From contig NIVC01001016.1 of the NCBI GenBank assembly GCA_002269645.1, positions 315,309 to 379,308 of the forward strand: 64,000 bases of DNA. The letters are read 5' to 3'. Below the pieces are notes generated by a model that worked only from the letters and a program-made list of their open reading frames with translations, made no database searches and was not told the DNA's origin. Source of the DNA: Macrostomum lignano. Lineage: Eukaryota. A program made the position numbers and the translations under genes. This document shows, piece after piece, positions 27,601 to 41,045 of the stretch; the first letter of the stretch is position 1, and every line of letters starts with the position of its first letter.

Positions 27601-30600
27601 TCTAGCAGCTCCATCACCTGGCGGCGGCGCGTGTTTAGAGTGCGAATTAATCGATTGTTCCAGTAATTCCAGTGTTCTAATAAACTTGGCTTGGGAATAT
27701 TTAGGGACTTAGAGACTTGGGGAGAATTCCCCATGACTTAGGGGAATTTCCTCATGACTTAAAGATTCTGAATGATTTAAGGAAATTTCCTGATGGCTTC
27801 AAGGGAGATTTCTCAATGGCTAACGGAGATTTCATAATGGCTTAGGGAGATTTCCCAATGACTTAGAAAGATTTCCCAATGACTTGGAGAGATTTCCTAT
27901 TGACTTAGGGAGACTTCCCATTGACTCAGAAAGACTTCCAATGACTCAAGAAAGATTTCAAATGACTTAGGGAGATTTCCCATTGACTTAGGGAGATTTC
28001 ACATTGACTTAGGGAGATTTCCCATTGACTCAGAAAGACTTCCAATGACTCAAGAAAGATTTCAAATGACTTAGGGAGATTTCCCATTGACTTAGGGAGA
28101 TTTCACATTGACTTAGGGAGATTTCCCATTGACTTAGGGAGATTTCACATTGACTTAGGGAGATTTCACATTGACTTAGGGAGATTTCACAATGACTTAG
28201 GGAGATTTCACAATGACTTTGGGAGATTTCACAATGACTTAGGGAGATTTCACATTGACTTAGGGAGATTTCACAATGACTTAGGGAGATTTCACAATGA
28301 CTTAGAGAGATTTCACAATTTCATGAGTCAGAAAGATTTCCCCATAACTTTAGGAGATTGCCTCATGACTAAGGAAGACTCCCCATTGACTCAGAGATTT
28401 TCTAGACGACTAAAGGAGGATTAAATCGGCTATTTTTCCTGACGATTTAGCGTTTTTTAATGGCAATATTTTTTGCCGAATCCAAAATAAGAAAAGCCTT
28501 ACCTTCATTTCTAAATCATCATGCAGACGGCGATTCTCTTTAGCGGCAGTCTCGCCAATCTCTTCAACAAAGGCCCGATAAGAGGCGACGGCTTCGGCAA
28601 TTGCGCCGGCGTTCTGCTCGCGGCTGTCCCGAATCTCTTCCAGCTTCTCTTGGAGAGAGGCCAGCTCGGTTTCCCAACGGTCGCGAGAATTGCTTAGTTG
28701 AGTGAGGCCGACTGACAGGTCCGCGTCCACCTTGATGGGAGAGTGAGATGGATAGAGTGCGAGTGTACATTGGGGCAGGGTTTAGGATAGCAGGAGTGTA
28801 CATTGGGGCAGGGTTTAGGATAGCGGGAGTGTACATTGGGGCAGGGTTTAGGATAGCGGGAGTGTACATTGGGGCAGGGTTTAGGATAGCGGGAGTGTAC
28901 ATTGGGGCAGGGTTTAGGATAGCGGGAGTGTACATTGGGGCAGGGTTTAGGATAGCGGGAGTGTACATTAGGGCAGGGTTTAGGATAGCGTGAGTGTACA
29001 TTGGGGCAGGGTTTAGGATAGCGTGAGTGTACATTGGGGCAGGGTTTAGGACAGCGTGAGTGTACACTGGGGCAGTCTCTGAGTTAGTGAGTTTACCGGT
29101 ACAATGGGGCAGACAGTCTGGGTTAGCGTGAGTATACATTGGGACAGGCTGTGGGTTAACCTGAGTGTACATTGGGGCAGGCTGTGGGTTAGCGTGAGTG
29201 TACATTGGGGCAGGCCGTGGGTTAGCGTGAGTGTACATTGGGGCGGGCCGTGGGTTAGCGTGAGTGTACATTGGGGCAAGCTGTGGGTTAGCGTGAGTGT
29301 ACATTGGGGCAGGCTGTGGGTTAGAGCGAGTGTACCTTCGGGCAGGGTTTATGTTTTCGTGAGTATATTCAGGCAGTGTTCTGGTTTACATGAGTGTACA
29401 TTGGGAAGGACTATGGGTTGGCGCGAGTGTACATTGTGTTTCATCTCACTTGAGGAAATGCATCAGCAACTTTGTCAACAACGTGCTGCTTGTGATCCAT
29501 GGCGACGCACTCGGGACAGTGCAGGGTGCCGCAGTCTTGACAATAGTACTTCAGCTGCTCCTGGAAAAAATGAAAGGAATAAAATAGAAATAATAAGCAC
29601 ACTCATAATAAAGCCTACTTTAAGTAGTAAAATTGCAATACTTTACCTGCGGATGATCGAAGCAAAAGATTGGCTTTTGTAACTGCAACGGCGTGTCAGT
29701 TTCTAAATCTTCCGGCGTAATCTCTTCAACGTGATGCTTGCTAAACATTTTCATCACCGAGTGGGCGGCGCGGCAGGAGCCGCACAAGAAATCGGCGCAC
29801 TCGGTGCACTTGGCAACGGCTTCGGCTCCGGTGGTGCAGCCGCCGCATTTCACTCGCTTCTGACTGCTGGAGGCGGCAGCAGCAGCCGCGGCTGCTGTAG
29901 ACGGGTCTGCTGACTCCACCGATCTGAGCAGGCATTTAATATTCAATAGTTTTATGAATTTAAGCAATTGTCGGGACAGTTTGAGAGCGATGTTTATAAA
30001 CAACAGTTTGTGGCAGATTTTTGGGCGATTTTTAAAGGCAGTTTATGGGCATTTTTAGAGCAGTTTATGGCCAAAATTTAAAGCAGTTTACGGCTGATAT
30101 TCAAAACAGTTTATGGCCGATGTTTAGGGCAGTTTGTGACTGATTTTTTGGGCGATTTTCAAGGCAGTTTATGGTTGATATTTAAGGCAATTTATGGCCG
30201 ATATTTAGAGCAGTTTATGGCCAATATTTAAGGCAGCTCATGGCAGATATTTAAGGCAGCTCATGGCAGATATTTAAGGCAGTTTATGGCCAATTTTTAA
30301 GGCAGTTTATGGCAATTATTTAAGGCAGTTTATGGCCGATATTTAGGGCAGTTTATGGCCAATTTTTAGGGCAGTTTATGGCAGATATTTAAGGCAGTTT
30401 ATGGCCGATATTTAAGGCAGTTTATGGCCGATATTTAGGGCAGTTTATGGCCAATTTTTAAGGCAGTTTATGGCAGATATTTAAGGCAGTTTATGGCCGA
30501 TATTTAGGGCAGTTTATGGCCAATATTTAAGGCAGTTTATGGCAGATATTTAAGGAAGTTTATGACTAATTTTTAAGGCAATTTCTGGCTGATTTTTGGG

Positions 30601-31749
30601 CGATTTTTTGGGTAGATAATTCAATTTTAAGTGGTACTTTATGGAAAATATCTAGATTGGTTTTCTTTGGACAATTTTAAAGAAATTTCATTGGCAACAA
30701 CGCGTACATATAATGGGAATTTCCAAACTAAATTAATCATGGAAAATTCAATCGAAAGTTATGGAAGAATTCATCATAGCTGTCGGGTTAAAATATTCAT
30801 GAGGAGGCCATGTTTTCAGATATGATTAGGTAAGTTCATTTTGCTTTGTTTTACAAGAAGTGAAATTAGTCTGCCCTGATCTAATTGAACATTATAGAAT
30901 TTTTACCATTCTTAACCTAGCTTTTCTATGTCACAGAGTGTCTCATGAGACATCAGGCTCCGTAGTTTCTTCAATTTATAATTCAATAGAAGCATCAATA
31001 TTTCTATAACTATTGGGATTTCAAGAATTCTATCAATTGTCAAATTTGAATAATCTGTAAAAATTGAGTCTTCAGTTTGAGTCAGAGAAGCTCAACAGTG
31101 TAAAATATGCGGGTAGCGGGTCATTATACCTGGCCGCTTCAAGCTCGTGTAGATACAGATAATCCTTAGTTAATCCGGCCAGGCCAGAACGAGGATTAAG
31201 CACTGTAGGCGTACTACAAGTTGGACAGATTAACAGAAAGTCATCGCCGCCTGAGCCGGCCGATGAGCTGCGCAGACAGGCCAAATCGAACCTGTGCAGA
31301 CAGGCCAGCAGCACTGGTTCAGTGAGCTGCTGACGGCAGATGCTGCACTGGTCAGCTGACAATGGCCGCCTACCAGCGCTACGGTTAGAGCTGGAAGCGG
31401 CGCCAGAGTCAGCCGCCAGCATGTCGTTCTCGTCGCCATCAGGGCCTCCGAATGTTTCTAATAGATCTCTGGCCACATCGGAATCGTAATCCTCATCTCC
31501 TCCTTGATCATTAGAAGCAGCTGTGTGCCTGTCATTGTTGGCTTTATAGTTATTACAGCCACCTTGGCTGCCACCGTTTTCACTGACTAATTCCGATCTG
31601 TTGTCCTTGTTCCCGATGCTACTATCATCATCATCAACTATTGCACTGATAGTTGTGTCAATATCAGTGGCATCGCACTTCTTCATGCTCTCACTGTTAT
31701 TATTGGCAACTAATTCTGTTGAATCGTCGTTGCTATCCATGTGCAGCAT
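24628..31749 (-). CDS. brat: Brain tumor (Brat/NCL-1)-type TRIM-NHL protein, 955 aa predicted
   Basis: Exons 31749-31130 (variant RING), 29923-29647 (B-box 1), 29560-29450 (B-box 2), 28730-28503 (coiled coil), 27617-26601, 25644-25315 and 24912-24628 (NHL repeats; C-terminus [33 protein letters not shown] is Brat-diagnostic). All GT-AG, phases compatible, 2868 nt. The start codon is the least certain part. Confidence 0.93.
25062..25181 (+). rRNA. 5S rRNA copy (diverged or pseudogene) in the last brat intron, antisense to brat
   Basis: ACGG..ATACCACGTTGAAAACACCGGTTCTCGTCTGATCACCGAAGTTAAGC..GGTTAGTTCTTGGATGGGTGACCGCCTG matches the animal 5S pattern; T-run follows. Confidence 0.85.
25745..26590. 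repeat. Intronic minisatellite, 29-30-bp units grading into 21-bp TCCCAGATTAAGCTACCAGCC
   Basis: Fills the brat intron 25645-26600. Confidence 0.95.
27720..28400. repeat. 21-bp intronic minisatellite (TGACTTAGGGAGATTTCACAT)
   Basis: In brat intron 27618-28502; degenerate at both edges. Confidence 0.92.
28760..29435. repeat. 33-bp intronic minisatellite (GAGTGTACATTGGGGCAGGGTTTAGGATAGCGG) and variants
   Basis: In brat intron 28731-29449. Confidence 0.92.
30005..30600. repeat. 23-bp intronic minisatellite (GGCAGTTTATGGCCGATATTTAA)
   Basis: In brat intron 29924-31129. Confidence 0.9.
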
Positions 31750-32844
31750 TTTTTTGGCATGAAAATTTATAAAAGGATAACTTTGCACATATTGTTAATG
31801 TGAAATTTGTATCCAATGTGAACAATAAAAAAACAGTAACATTTGATGAAATGCATAATTAAAAGCAAATAATTACTCTCCTATCAATAATAACAATATA
31901 AATAACTATGTTATCCAGTATATAGTATGTTTATTTTTCATTCTGATGTATGGATTTCAATAAGATTTTAAAGGTTATCATTAATATTTTAATTATATTT
32001 TAAAAAATCTTAGCTAAGCGTAGCTAATTTTTGTGTAAGAAGCACTTTACATTAGAAAATTGGCTAAGTAGTAAAAAATTACAAAAGTCCATATTTTAGA
32101 TTTATGACTTGTAATATATTTTACCCACAATTTATCATACTATAATCATATTTGGCCAACTTTTTTTTAATCTCTTACCTCATATGGCAGGTATAATTTT
32201 GAATATTAGAATAATATTAAAAACAAAAATAATTTATACCATTGGCTCTAAATTTTATAATAACAACTTATGCTTGAACTTGTATCTTTTTAAGCTTTGT
32301 CTATAAAAGATGGCAAAATGTAATATTATACTTGTCAAATATTACTTATATTTGATACCTTTTATTTTATATATTTTATATTTTATTTTATAATAATGAA
32401 TTATTATTCATTATTTTTCCTTAAAAGTGGTAAAGTTACTATATTCCTTTCAGTCAAAAAATTATTGTATAATCTTACTTAGAAGATTTTCTAATATGTG
32501 TTTTTCAATAAGAGCTGAAGCTTTCCCTATTTTTCTGTATAAAGAATAATAACATAGATTGAAAAACTCTATTTTAGACTAGTTATACTAATATAGCACA
32601 TGGTTAACAGTTATGTGCATGACACAAATTTATTTCTTCAATGATAAGAATAGGATTTTATTCATTTGTTGTATTTCATTTAGGTTTGGTTTTTATAACA
32701 ATTATAACAATTATTAATTTTATTATTAACATAGAAGACTACTCAAAGTTTGAATTAAAACTGAGGCTAAGACAAAATTTGACTAGAAATTGATAAACAA
32801 TTTGTCTTTAACTTTGTTTTTAGGCTATGAAAAAATCTTCAATA

Positions 32845-34105
32845 TCTGATTGTCGGGAAAGTTCTTTTACATGTACATTCCAGAACATTCTATTTGTGCT
32901 TGTTCTTGGAACATTCTCAATGTAATGTGCATATAAATAGTGAATAGTGTGCATACAAAAACTACAATAGATAAACATTCTTTGCTCGACTATCTGAAAT
33001 GGCAAAAGATACTCTGCTCTCGAAAGACCTGCAGCGCGTGCTGCTTCTCTACAACTTTTGCTCTGGCAAGAGTGCGAGTCAGTCGGCCACCGACATCAAT
33101 GCTGCATTTGGTGCGGGAACCCTCACTCGTCAGACTGCCAACAATTGGTTCAGGCAATTCAAAGATGGGGATGAGGGCCTCAAAGACAAGCCACGCAGTG
33201 GCCGGCCGGCAGAGCTCGACGACGGTGCACTTGAGCAGCTGCTTGAGTGGGACACCCGGCAGACTACACGTGAGCTGGCGGCACAGCTGGGTGTGCATCA
33301 CTCAACTGTTGCCGACCACCTTCACCATCTGAACAAGAAGCCAAAGCTGGGATGTTGGGTGCCCCACCAGCTGACCGCCACTGACATGGACCGGCGCATT
33401 GAGGCCGCCCTCACCATGCTCTCCCAATCTCGCCGTCCAGATTGGCTGGACGATGTGGTGACAGGTGACGAAAAATGGTGCCTCTACGTCAACATCCGAC
33501 GCAAGCGACAGTGGGTTGATTCTGATGCAAAGCCAGAGCGAGAGGCCAAGGCTGAGCTGCACCCCAAGAAGGTCATGCTTTCAGTCTTCTGGGACACAAA
33601 AGGAATAATAATGTGGGAGCTGCTGCCGAAGAACAAGAGCATCAATGCTGCCTTCTACCAGGAGCAGCTTGAGCGCCTGCAGCAAAAGCTGGCTGAGGTG
33701 CGCCCTGAACGTTGCTGGGTCATCTTGTTGCACGATAACGCACCTACGCACAAGGCACAGTCGACCCGTCAGAAGCTGCTCGAGCTGGGCTGGGAGATTC
33801 TTCCCCATCCACCGTACAGCCCAGATCTTGCACCCACTGATTATCACCTGTTTGCCGCCCTCGACTGTTCTATGGCCGGCAAGGAGTTCAATGATGAGGA
33901 CAACCTGAAGACCCACCTGACAAACTTCTTCGAGGGCCAGCGCCCAGAGTTCTACAGCCAGGGCATCCGCTCCTTGCACACACGCTGGCAGAGGGTTATT
34001 GACCATGATGGTGACTACATTTAAGATTGATAAACCCATTGTCCAGAAAAGTGTTACATTTAATAAACTTCTGACAAATGTAAAAAATTTTTCCACACAA
34101 TCAGA
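32845..34105 (+). mobile_element. Full-length mariner transposon, 1261 bp
   Basis: TA duplications at 32843-32844 and 34106-34107; 28-bp imperfect TIRs (TCTGATTGTCGGGAAAGTTCTTTTACAT vs TCTGATTGTGTGGAAAAATTTTTTACAT, 23/28 identical). Confidence 0.92.
32999..34024 (+). CDS. Mariner (DD34D) transposase, uninterrupted 341 aa
   Basis: HTH region, WVPHQL, TGDEKW, LHDNAPTH, HPPYSPDLAPTDYHLF. Confidence 0.95.
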   Translation: MAKDTLLSKDLQRVLLLYNFCSGKSASQSATDINAAFGAGTLTRQTANNWFRQFKDGDEGLKDKPRSGRPAELDDGALEQLLEWDTRQTTRELAAQLGVHHSTVADHLHHLNKKPKLGCWVPHQLTATDMDRRIEAALTMLSQSRRPDWLDDVVTGDEKWCLYVNIRRKRQWVDSDAKPEREAKAELHPKKVMLSVFWDTKGIIMWELLPKNKSINAAFYQEQLERLQQKLAEVRPERCWVILLHDNAPTHKAQSTRQKLLELGWEILPHPPYSPDLAPTDYHLFAALDCSMAGKEFNDEDNLKTHLTNFFEGQRPEFYSQGIRSLHTRWQRVIDHDGDYI

Positions 34106-34556
34106 TAAATAGCAAAAGAAAAGATGTCACAGTATAAAAAATAAGGGGAATTTACTCTGATGCCCATAATACTATCTAGAATAATTTCTAGCCACCTTTT
34201 GACTATGACAATATGCAATTTATCTGCATGGTCTCATTTAAAATCATTTTATAGCTGTAATAAAAACCTTTTATTTGTCTAAATAGCCTAAGTCTACTAA
34301 TAGGTTGAATACCATATTTGATTTTATTTAATAGTACATATAGGCACTAGGGTTAAATCATAGTAATTTCAGTGACAATTGTTTTGGTGACAAGAAAAAG
34401 ATCCTTTTGGTGATAGGCCTAGATATTATTGTAATGGTTGATAATTCTAAATTTGAAGTGATTGCATTTCTTTAAACTTTAGTAGAATAAAATGCTTTTT
34501 TTATGCTGTTATAGTTATGTATGTCAATTTATTCTAGGGTTTTATAAAAATATATA

Positions 34557-34603
<47 letters not shown>

Positions 34604-35353
34604 GGGCTCTGGAATGTTCCAGAAATTTCTTAGACAGAAAGTTCTAGAAACTGCGGGAACTTTTTCCCCAACCAAATAATAAGATATATATTTATAAAAT
34701 ATTAGAAATATACACTTTTTTATTTAATACATTCATATATATATATAAACATATCTTGGCTGTACCATTAAATTAGTTTAAAATTATTAAAGTTTATTAT
34801 AGAAATTAAAAACTGCTAAATAAGTCCTTTATTGTTGCAACTGCAAAAGGGTCCTTTATTGTTGCAACTGTGATTAGTGTTGGCATGCATCTGCTTGACA
34901 TTGGTGTGCATTAGTTTGAAGTATTCTGGCATGCACTCAACTCAGTTTGATCCAGACTAAAAATAGAAAATAGCTAGGCCTACACCTAGCCACCTACAGC
35001 TATGACCTAGCCTAGGCCAGCAAAATTCAGATTCTTATTCTGAATTAGTTTCCAGATTTTCAATGAAAAATGAGACTAGACCTAGTTAGTTAAATAGCAC
35101 AAAAGTCAGATCCAGATAAACTTGTCAACTTTTTATTTGTCAACTGTGTTGATGAGTTTACCATGGTTTGTATATTGTGTAACTGATATGCAGTACAACA
35201 AAGTGTATAGAAGTAAGAGATGCAAACAGAAGCAAAATCAATAAGGTTTTTTTAATTTATACATGCATAAAAAGTTAATTAAGCATATATGCTCAACACC
35301 TGTCTGACCTGTCCAAACTGAATGGGTAAAATGGCCACTAGCTAAGGTAGTTG

Positions 35354-36055
35354 CCCTATTGGAATAAGTTGACAAAATGTGGACAACTGTCCGTTGCATT
35401 TTTGGATTCTCCTGGTGTCGCATTGGGCGACAGTGGTGTCAAGTGGAATATTGCATCGCGCGACACTGTGGAAACCTAGTGTTGTCATGCGTCGTGTTAC
35501 GCAACGCAACAGTGTGGCAACTTGGCGGCTAGCGTTGTCATGTGTCGCGTTGCAGCCTGGACCTGTAGCCAAAACCTTGCAAACTGTGTTCACAGTTGTT
35601 TTTCGGTATTTAAATGTTTCAAACATGTTTGATAATAACTAGTTCTTGAATTGTTCTTTTTTATTTTGAGGTAAAGTAACTAATACTTCAAATATAATTT
35701 TTAGAAATGTTACTTGTTAGTTACAATGCATGTGCTGTTTTTCTAAGTGTTGTACCTTTGTTGTTTTACTGTTTATTGTTTTTAAATTTTATTTCTTTTT
35801 CTGTGAAATTGAAAGGAATACTCTCGCCACTCGCCCCATGGTCTTGGTATTGGGAGTGAATGGTGGAATGGGAATTGTCAATTGCAACGTGGCTGCTGTG
35901 GCATCCTCCCTCCCTTGGTCATTCAGTCAACAGACATTGGCATTGCATTGCCACCCCCCAGTCAACAAAACTTGGTGTCGCATCGCACTTTTGAGGGCAT
36001 AATTTTGGCATCTGTGTCACACATCTGCGGGTTTTTGAGACTTATTCCAATAGGG
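35354..36055. mobile_element. Possible MITE with short TIRs
   Basis: CCCTATTGGAATAAGT at 35354 and its reverse complement ending at 36055; no clear target duplication. Confidence 0.35.
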
Positions 36056-39000
36056 GTAAGTTGCAGGAGGGGGCCATAGCCTAGAGGTAATGCAGCTACT
36101 CTGGTGTGCCAGCGACCCAGGCTTAATTCCAAGTGCAGTCACATTAATTTGGGGCTGAATTGGAATCTCGGCTTGGCTCTGCTTGTGCAATTAACAGCCT
36201 TGAGAGCCAACCCCCCAAGGCACAGTGAAGTGTACATGCCTAACGATAAAATAAAGTTAGGGCTGCTATATACTGTGTGGGTGTGTGCCTGCGTACATAT
36301 CCGCGCACTTGTATGCCTGCTCAGGGGAGTCGGCAGTATGGGCAATAATGTCTCTTACCAGTTATATGCCTATGTCGCTTAAAGTGTACTAGGGTGCATA
36401 CAACCCCCTGCCTCTAATAAATAAGTAAGTTGCAAGATCAAAAATGCAAAAAAACAAAAAATTGGGAGAAAAAAGAAAGAAAGAGAAAAGGAAAAGAAAG
36501 GAAAAAAGAGAAAGAGAGGAAAGAGGAGAGGGAAAAAGAGAGGAAAAGAAAAAAATGCAATAAAAGTCATATACAAAGTGAAAATTAAGTCATAATTAAA
36601 AGAACTAAGTTGCAATTGAGAGGAACTAAGTTGCAAATCTGGACAAAACTAAGTTGCACCAGATAGGTGAAATTTTGAGGTTGGGCATGTATGTAATTAG
36701 CTTAAGTAGAATTTTTTTAAATTACATTTATCAAAACTGATTAAAATAAATATTAATTAGGATTGGGATCCTATAACAATTAATTGCAGTTCCCTAACTA
36801 GGTTAAGATAGAAGATTCTTGGTTATATCATTTTTAATTTTATCATATCTCATATTTGATCATGTTGTACATAGCAGACTGCTAGGTGCCGCAGTGCACT
36901 GTTGTCTCTTGTCTAGTCAATCTAGCAAACAAATTCTAGCGATAGATGATTTTGATTTACTGATCTGGCAACAGTGAAGGCAGGCATTGTCACAATTGAC
37001 AATTGTCATGTCCTGTGCCTAAAAACTAGCATTACAATGACACGGCTTGGCTCATTGCTTTTATGAATCTGTTTTATCTGTGCATCGAGACAGCTGCACA
37101 TACTGTGACTACTATGCTGATGAATTTACCAGTTAATGAATTTAGGCCCTACCATTTGACAAATTTACCAGTTGACAAAAAAAAGTTTACAAGTTTACCA
37201 GCACCCTAAAATCCACCAAAATACTAATTACTAAGGAAAAAATTGCAAAAGGTATGCTATATATAATAGGCCTATTAAAAGTGTAGGATAGGCCCCTAAT
37301 AAAAATGGCAAAACTGCAATATTTCGAAGTTTATTTTAAGAAACTAGCCTAGCATGATAAATTTAAGGATGTATTCAAATTGCGATTGAAGTTATTTAAT
37401 TATTTGACAGCGTGACAGTCTGTTGTCTAACCTAAGCAAGCATGGTCTATTGGTCTGCAATTATTTTAATTTTAATAAGGCGAAATTTGTTTCGGTCAAA
37501 GAAGTTAAATATCAATGTTTAAACCAACAGCCAGCAACAAATAATAACTAGTATGCAACAACAATTAGAATGCCCCAGCACCAGCACCCAATAACTGGAA
37601 CGCTAGTTTTAAAATAAAAAATCTTAAGTCAGTAGTTAAGATACAGATTCATCATGATCTGAAATTAACCTTCGAATTAGCGCCTCAATAGTGCATTTAA
37701 ACAGATACATTTTCGATAAAAGCATCATATATAATTAATGATGTTAAGTCTACTTTATTTGCACATAAACACATACATCTAGATAAAATATAAAAAAGGT
37801 AATAAAAGTATTTTTAAACTTTTTATATACAGAAATTTTCGGTAGAATTGACGACATTATATACATAAGACCATTTAGAAGCAAAAACATGTCAACCAAC
37901 CATTAACCAACTACATGTGAAAGTACAGTTGGCTTTGTCGGGATGGCCTGGTAGGTCTTGAAATCCCACTGCTGCCACCAATGTTGTACCTGTGTTTCTC
38001 CGGCCGTCTAGCGCAGTGATTTGGGTTTGGGCTCTCCATATCTTCCTCAACCGGAAGCCTTAACTCAGTAGCGTACGTAGGTAGTGCTGCCACCAGTTCC
38101 TTCAGGCCTCGGGCTTTGATGAGGTGAGCTACTCTTCTGAACGAAATAAACAAGTCAACGAACTCAGCGTGCAGATTTGCAAGTAACGAACAAGGTGTCC
38201 TGCAAGTCAGCAGATCCTGCCGGACTCAGTGGGTGGTTGGGAAGGCAGATGTGTATTAGCTCCTTTTGAGCTTGGGCGTCTAAGTTAGTCAGGCCAATTA
38301 CAGATAGCTAGAATGGGCAATTGGGACTATGACAGAAGACTAGAGTCTTAGAGAACAATACGAAGACTGGAAAACTGGTCGTCCAACAAAATTAGACTCC
38401 GATTTTGACTGAACCAAGGGTCCAATTTACATGTATTTACATGGCACGTATTACAGGGCACGTATTTACATGTATAGCTAGGCAGGGAATCACGGCTGCG
38501 CCAGTGTGCGTTGGACCTCATGACTCTGTTCTATTTTTAGAACTGACGTCACCTCGCCTTCTAGACATGGGCCTTTTCATATTGCTTGTTCTGGTTCCAG
38601 AACCAGAACCAATTTGTGAAGTATAACTTTTTGTCTCCATAACTAGAGGGAGATATACGTGCTATAAAGTTTTTATTATTGAATGACAATCGCCAAGAAG
38701 AAAGTGAAAAATTATGCTAAGTGCAGAGGTTGTTAAGGCAGTCAAACATTCAACAGAATTAAATAGTTATACTGCTGTTTTTCTTGGAAGAAGCCGAATG
38801 ACGATCAGTATCTATTTTTAGAAACATGAGTCATCTCTAACATGTACATGTATCTTTTTTAGGGAAACAGACCACCAGCGTGACCGATCAGGACAGAAAC
38901 AAAACGCAGAGGAGGCCACAGCAGAGATGCCCGCGTGGCCGCAAGCAAGAGCGCAGAGAAGAGGGGGGCGACAGAGAACAGGCAGAGAAAGGGGAGGGCT

Positions 39001-40789
39001 GCCCAACGGCAGACAGCAATCCGGGGCGAAGGCAAGGGCGAGGGAAACTGCTGACATTAGTGTGACGACTAACACCAAACTAGCAGCTCACTACTCGGTG
39101 TATGTAAATATACTTCGTTTTAAATTACGAGTAAAATATAGCGCTTCATCATGACGTACATGTGCGCAATTACGGCATGTATATTCTTGACAATTATTAT
39201 CTACAAAACTTATTAATCCTACATGCATGTACATAAAATGCAATTACATATGCTATCAGTCGGAGCTCATGCGAGATCGACCCAAAAGAGACAAGTTCTG
39301 TTAGGCAAACTCCGGGGCCACGGGATTTCAAGTCTGCCCACACCAACACGCAACTGGGGCAGAGCAACCAGACCGCAACCTAGCTGACTGATTGAGCCAC
39401 GTTGTTTCGCCAACGTACAGTTGGACCTGCTGTCCAGTGTAAGTAACATACACGTGCATGTAACAGCTACGTTATCGCACGTTCTGGTGGGCCTCCTCAC
39501 TAACTTTTGTATGCACCCTCCCTTTCTTTCCCTGTGATTCTTGATGTGATGTGATAATGTCATGTTATCGCCCACCCCAACCCCACTTCAGATCTATTGC
39601 TCGGAATGATTCATGCGTGTGACAGTTTTATGACCGGCCCTATATCTCTCCAAACTTTTTCCCGCCTGTTATGTAGTGCAGCTCTTCATCATAAATCATT
39701 TTTCTCCACTGCGCCCCAAACCAATTTCTCGTCCAATCACAGCGCGGCTGGCAATCGTGACTTTCATCAGGATTGTTTGGTAACGGAGGTCGAGGATACG
39801 TCACGGCCTTCAATATCACGCATCACGCTCCCATGATCGCGTGTCGCGTGATCTCAGGGGTATAAATAAAAGCTCACCGCATCTTCTAATACTCATTCTT
39901 AATCCAACTCACCTTAATAATTAACCGGACTATTAGTGTCAAGTTCATTTCCAGAAATTTTGGTCTGCCTATTTTCTCATTTGCCATGAACCGTGAAATC
40001 ATGAAGTATGAGAGAGATTGTGTCTCTCGCAGGATGGAATGTAAGCTGGGGATCAGAGCGGAAAATCACCGAGTATAAACCGAATGCATTCAAATAATCA
40101 ACAGTATTTCTAAGTAAGTCCCTGTAAGATGTGCACCATGAGAGAGTTCTGGAACCTGCACTTCCCCATCCCTTGCTGCATCATGCAAGCCCATCTAGGA
40201 GGGAAAGACATTAAGATGGAGTTTTCTATTATCCCTGCACCATTGGGATCCTGGGGATTAGGAGGGAGTAGCCTAAAGTCGCCTACCTCTAGGTTCCAGG
40301 AGCACAGGTGTGACGGCCAACGTCTTTGGCGTGTACGGTCAAACAACCCAGGCCCGCTTACTGTCTAGATAATGAGATCTTGGCCGCAACGTCGTCGTCG
40401 GCTATCGCACCATCCAGAGTGGACAAATTCTATAGGGGACGAGGCCTTGCGGTTGTATTTTTCAGCGCCACAGCCCAGACAGAGTACAGCAGGTATTCTC
40501 ATGCAGCCCGGGTTTGGTCACATGCAAATCGACAGGTAAAACTTATGACAGGTGTGAAGAATTTCAACCGCTTTTAAATAGATGCCCGATTTGTATAACT
40601 TTGTAATGCGACTACTTTAGTTCAAGGACCATAGCATATCATAAGAGTGTGACTATTTTGCAAACTTGCATACTGTCCTTGTCTGTCCTTTTTTGGCTCG
40701 TACAATGAAAAGAAGTCTAACTGGTAATGAAGTTTAAACTCTTGAGTACAGTGAAATGCAGATCGGTAGGACAGTTAGCACAGACACAG

Positions 40790-41045
<256 letters not shown>

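Noticed and set aside
28564-29682. Repetitive [11 protein letters not shown]-type ORFs
   Set aside because: Translations of the 33-bp intronic minisatellite.
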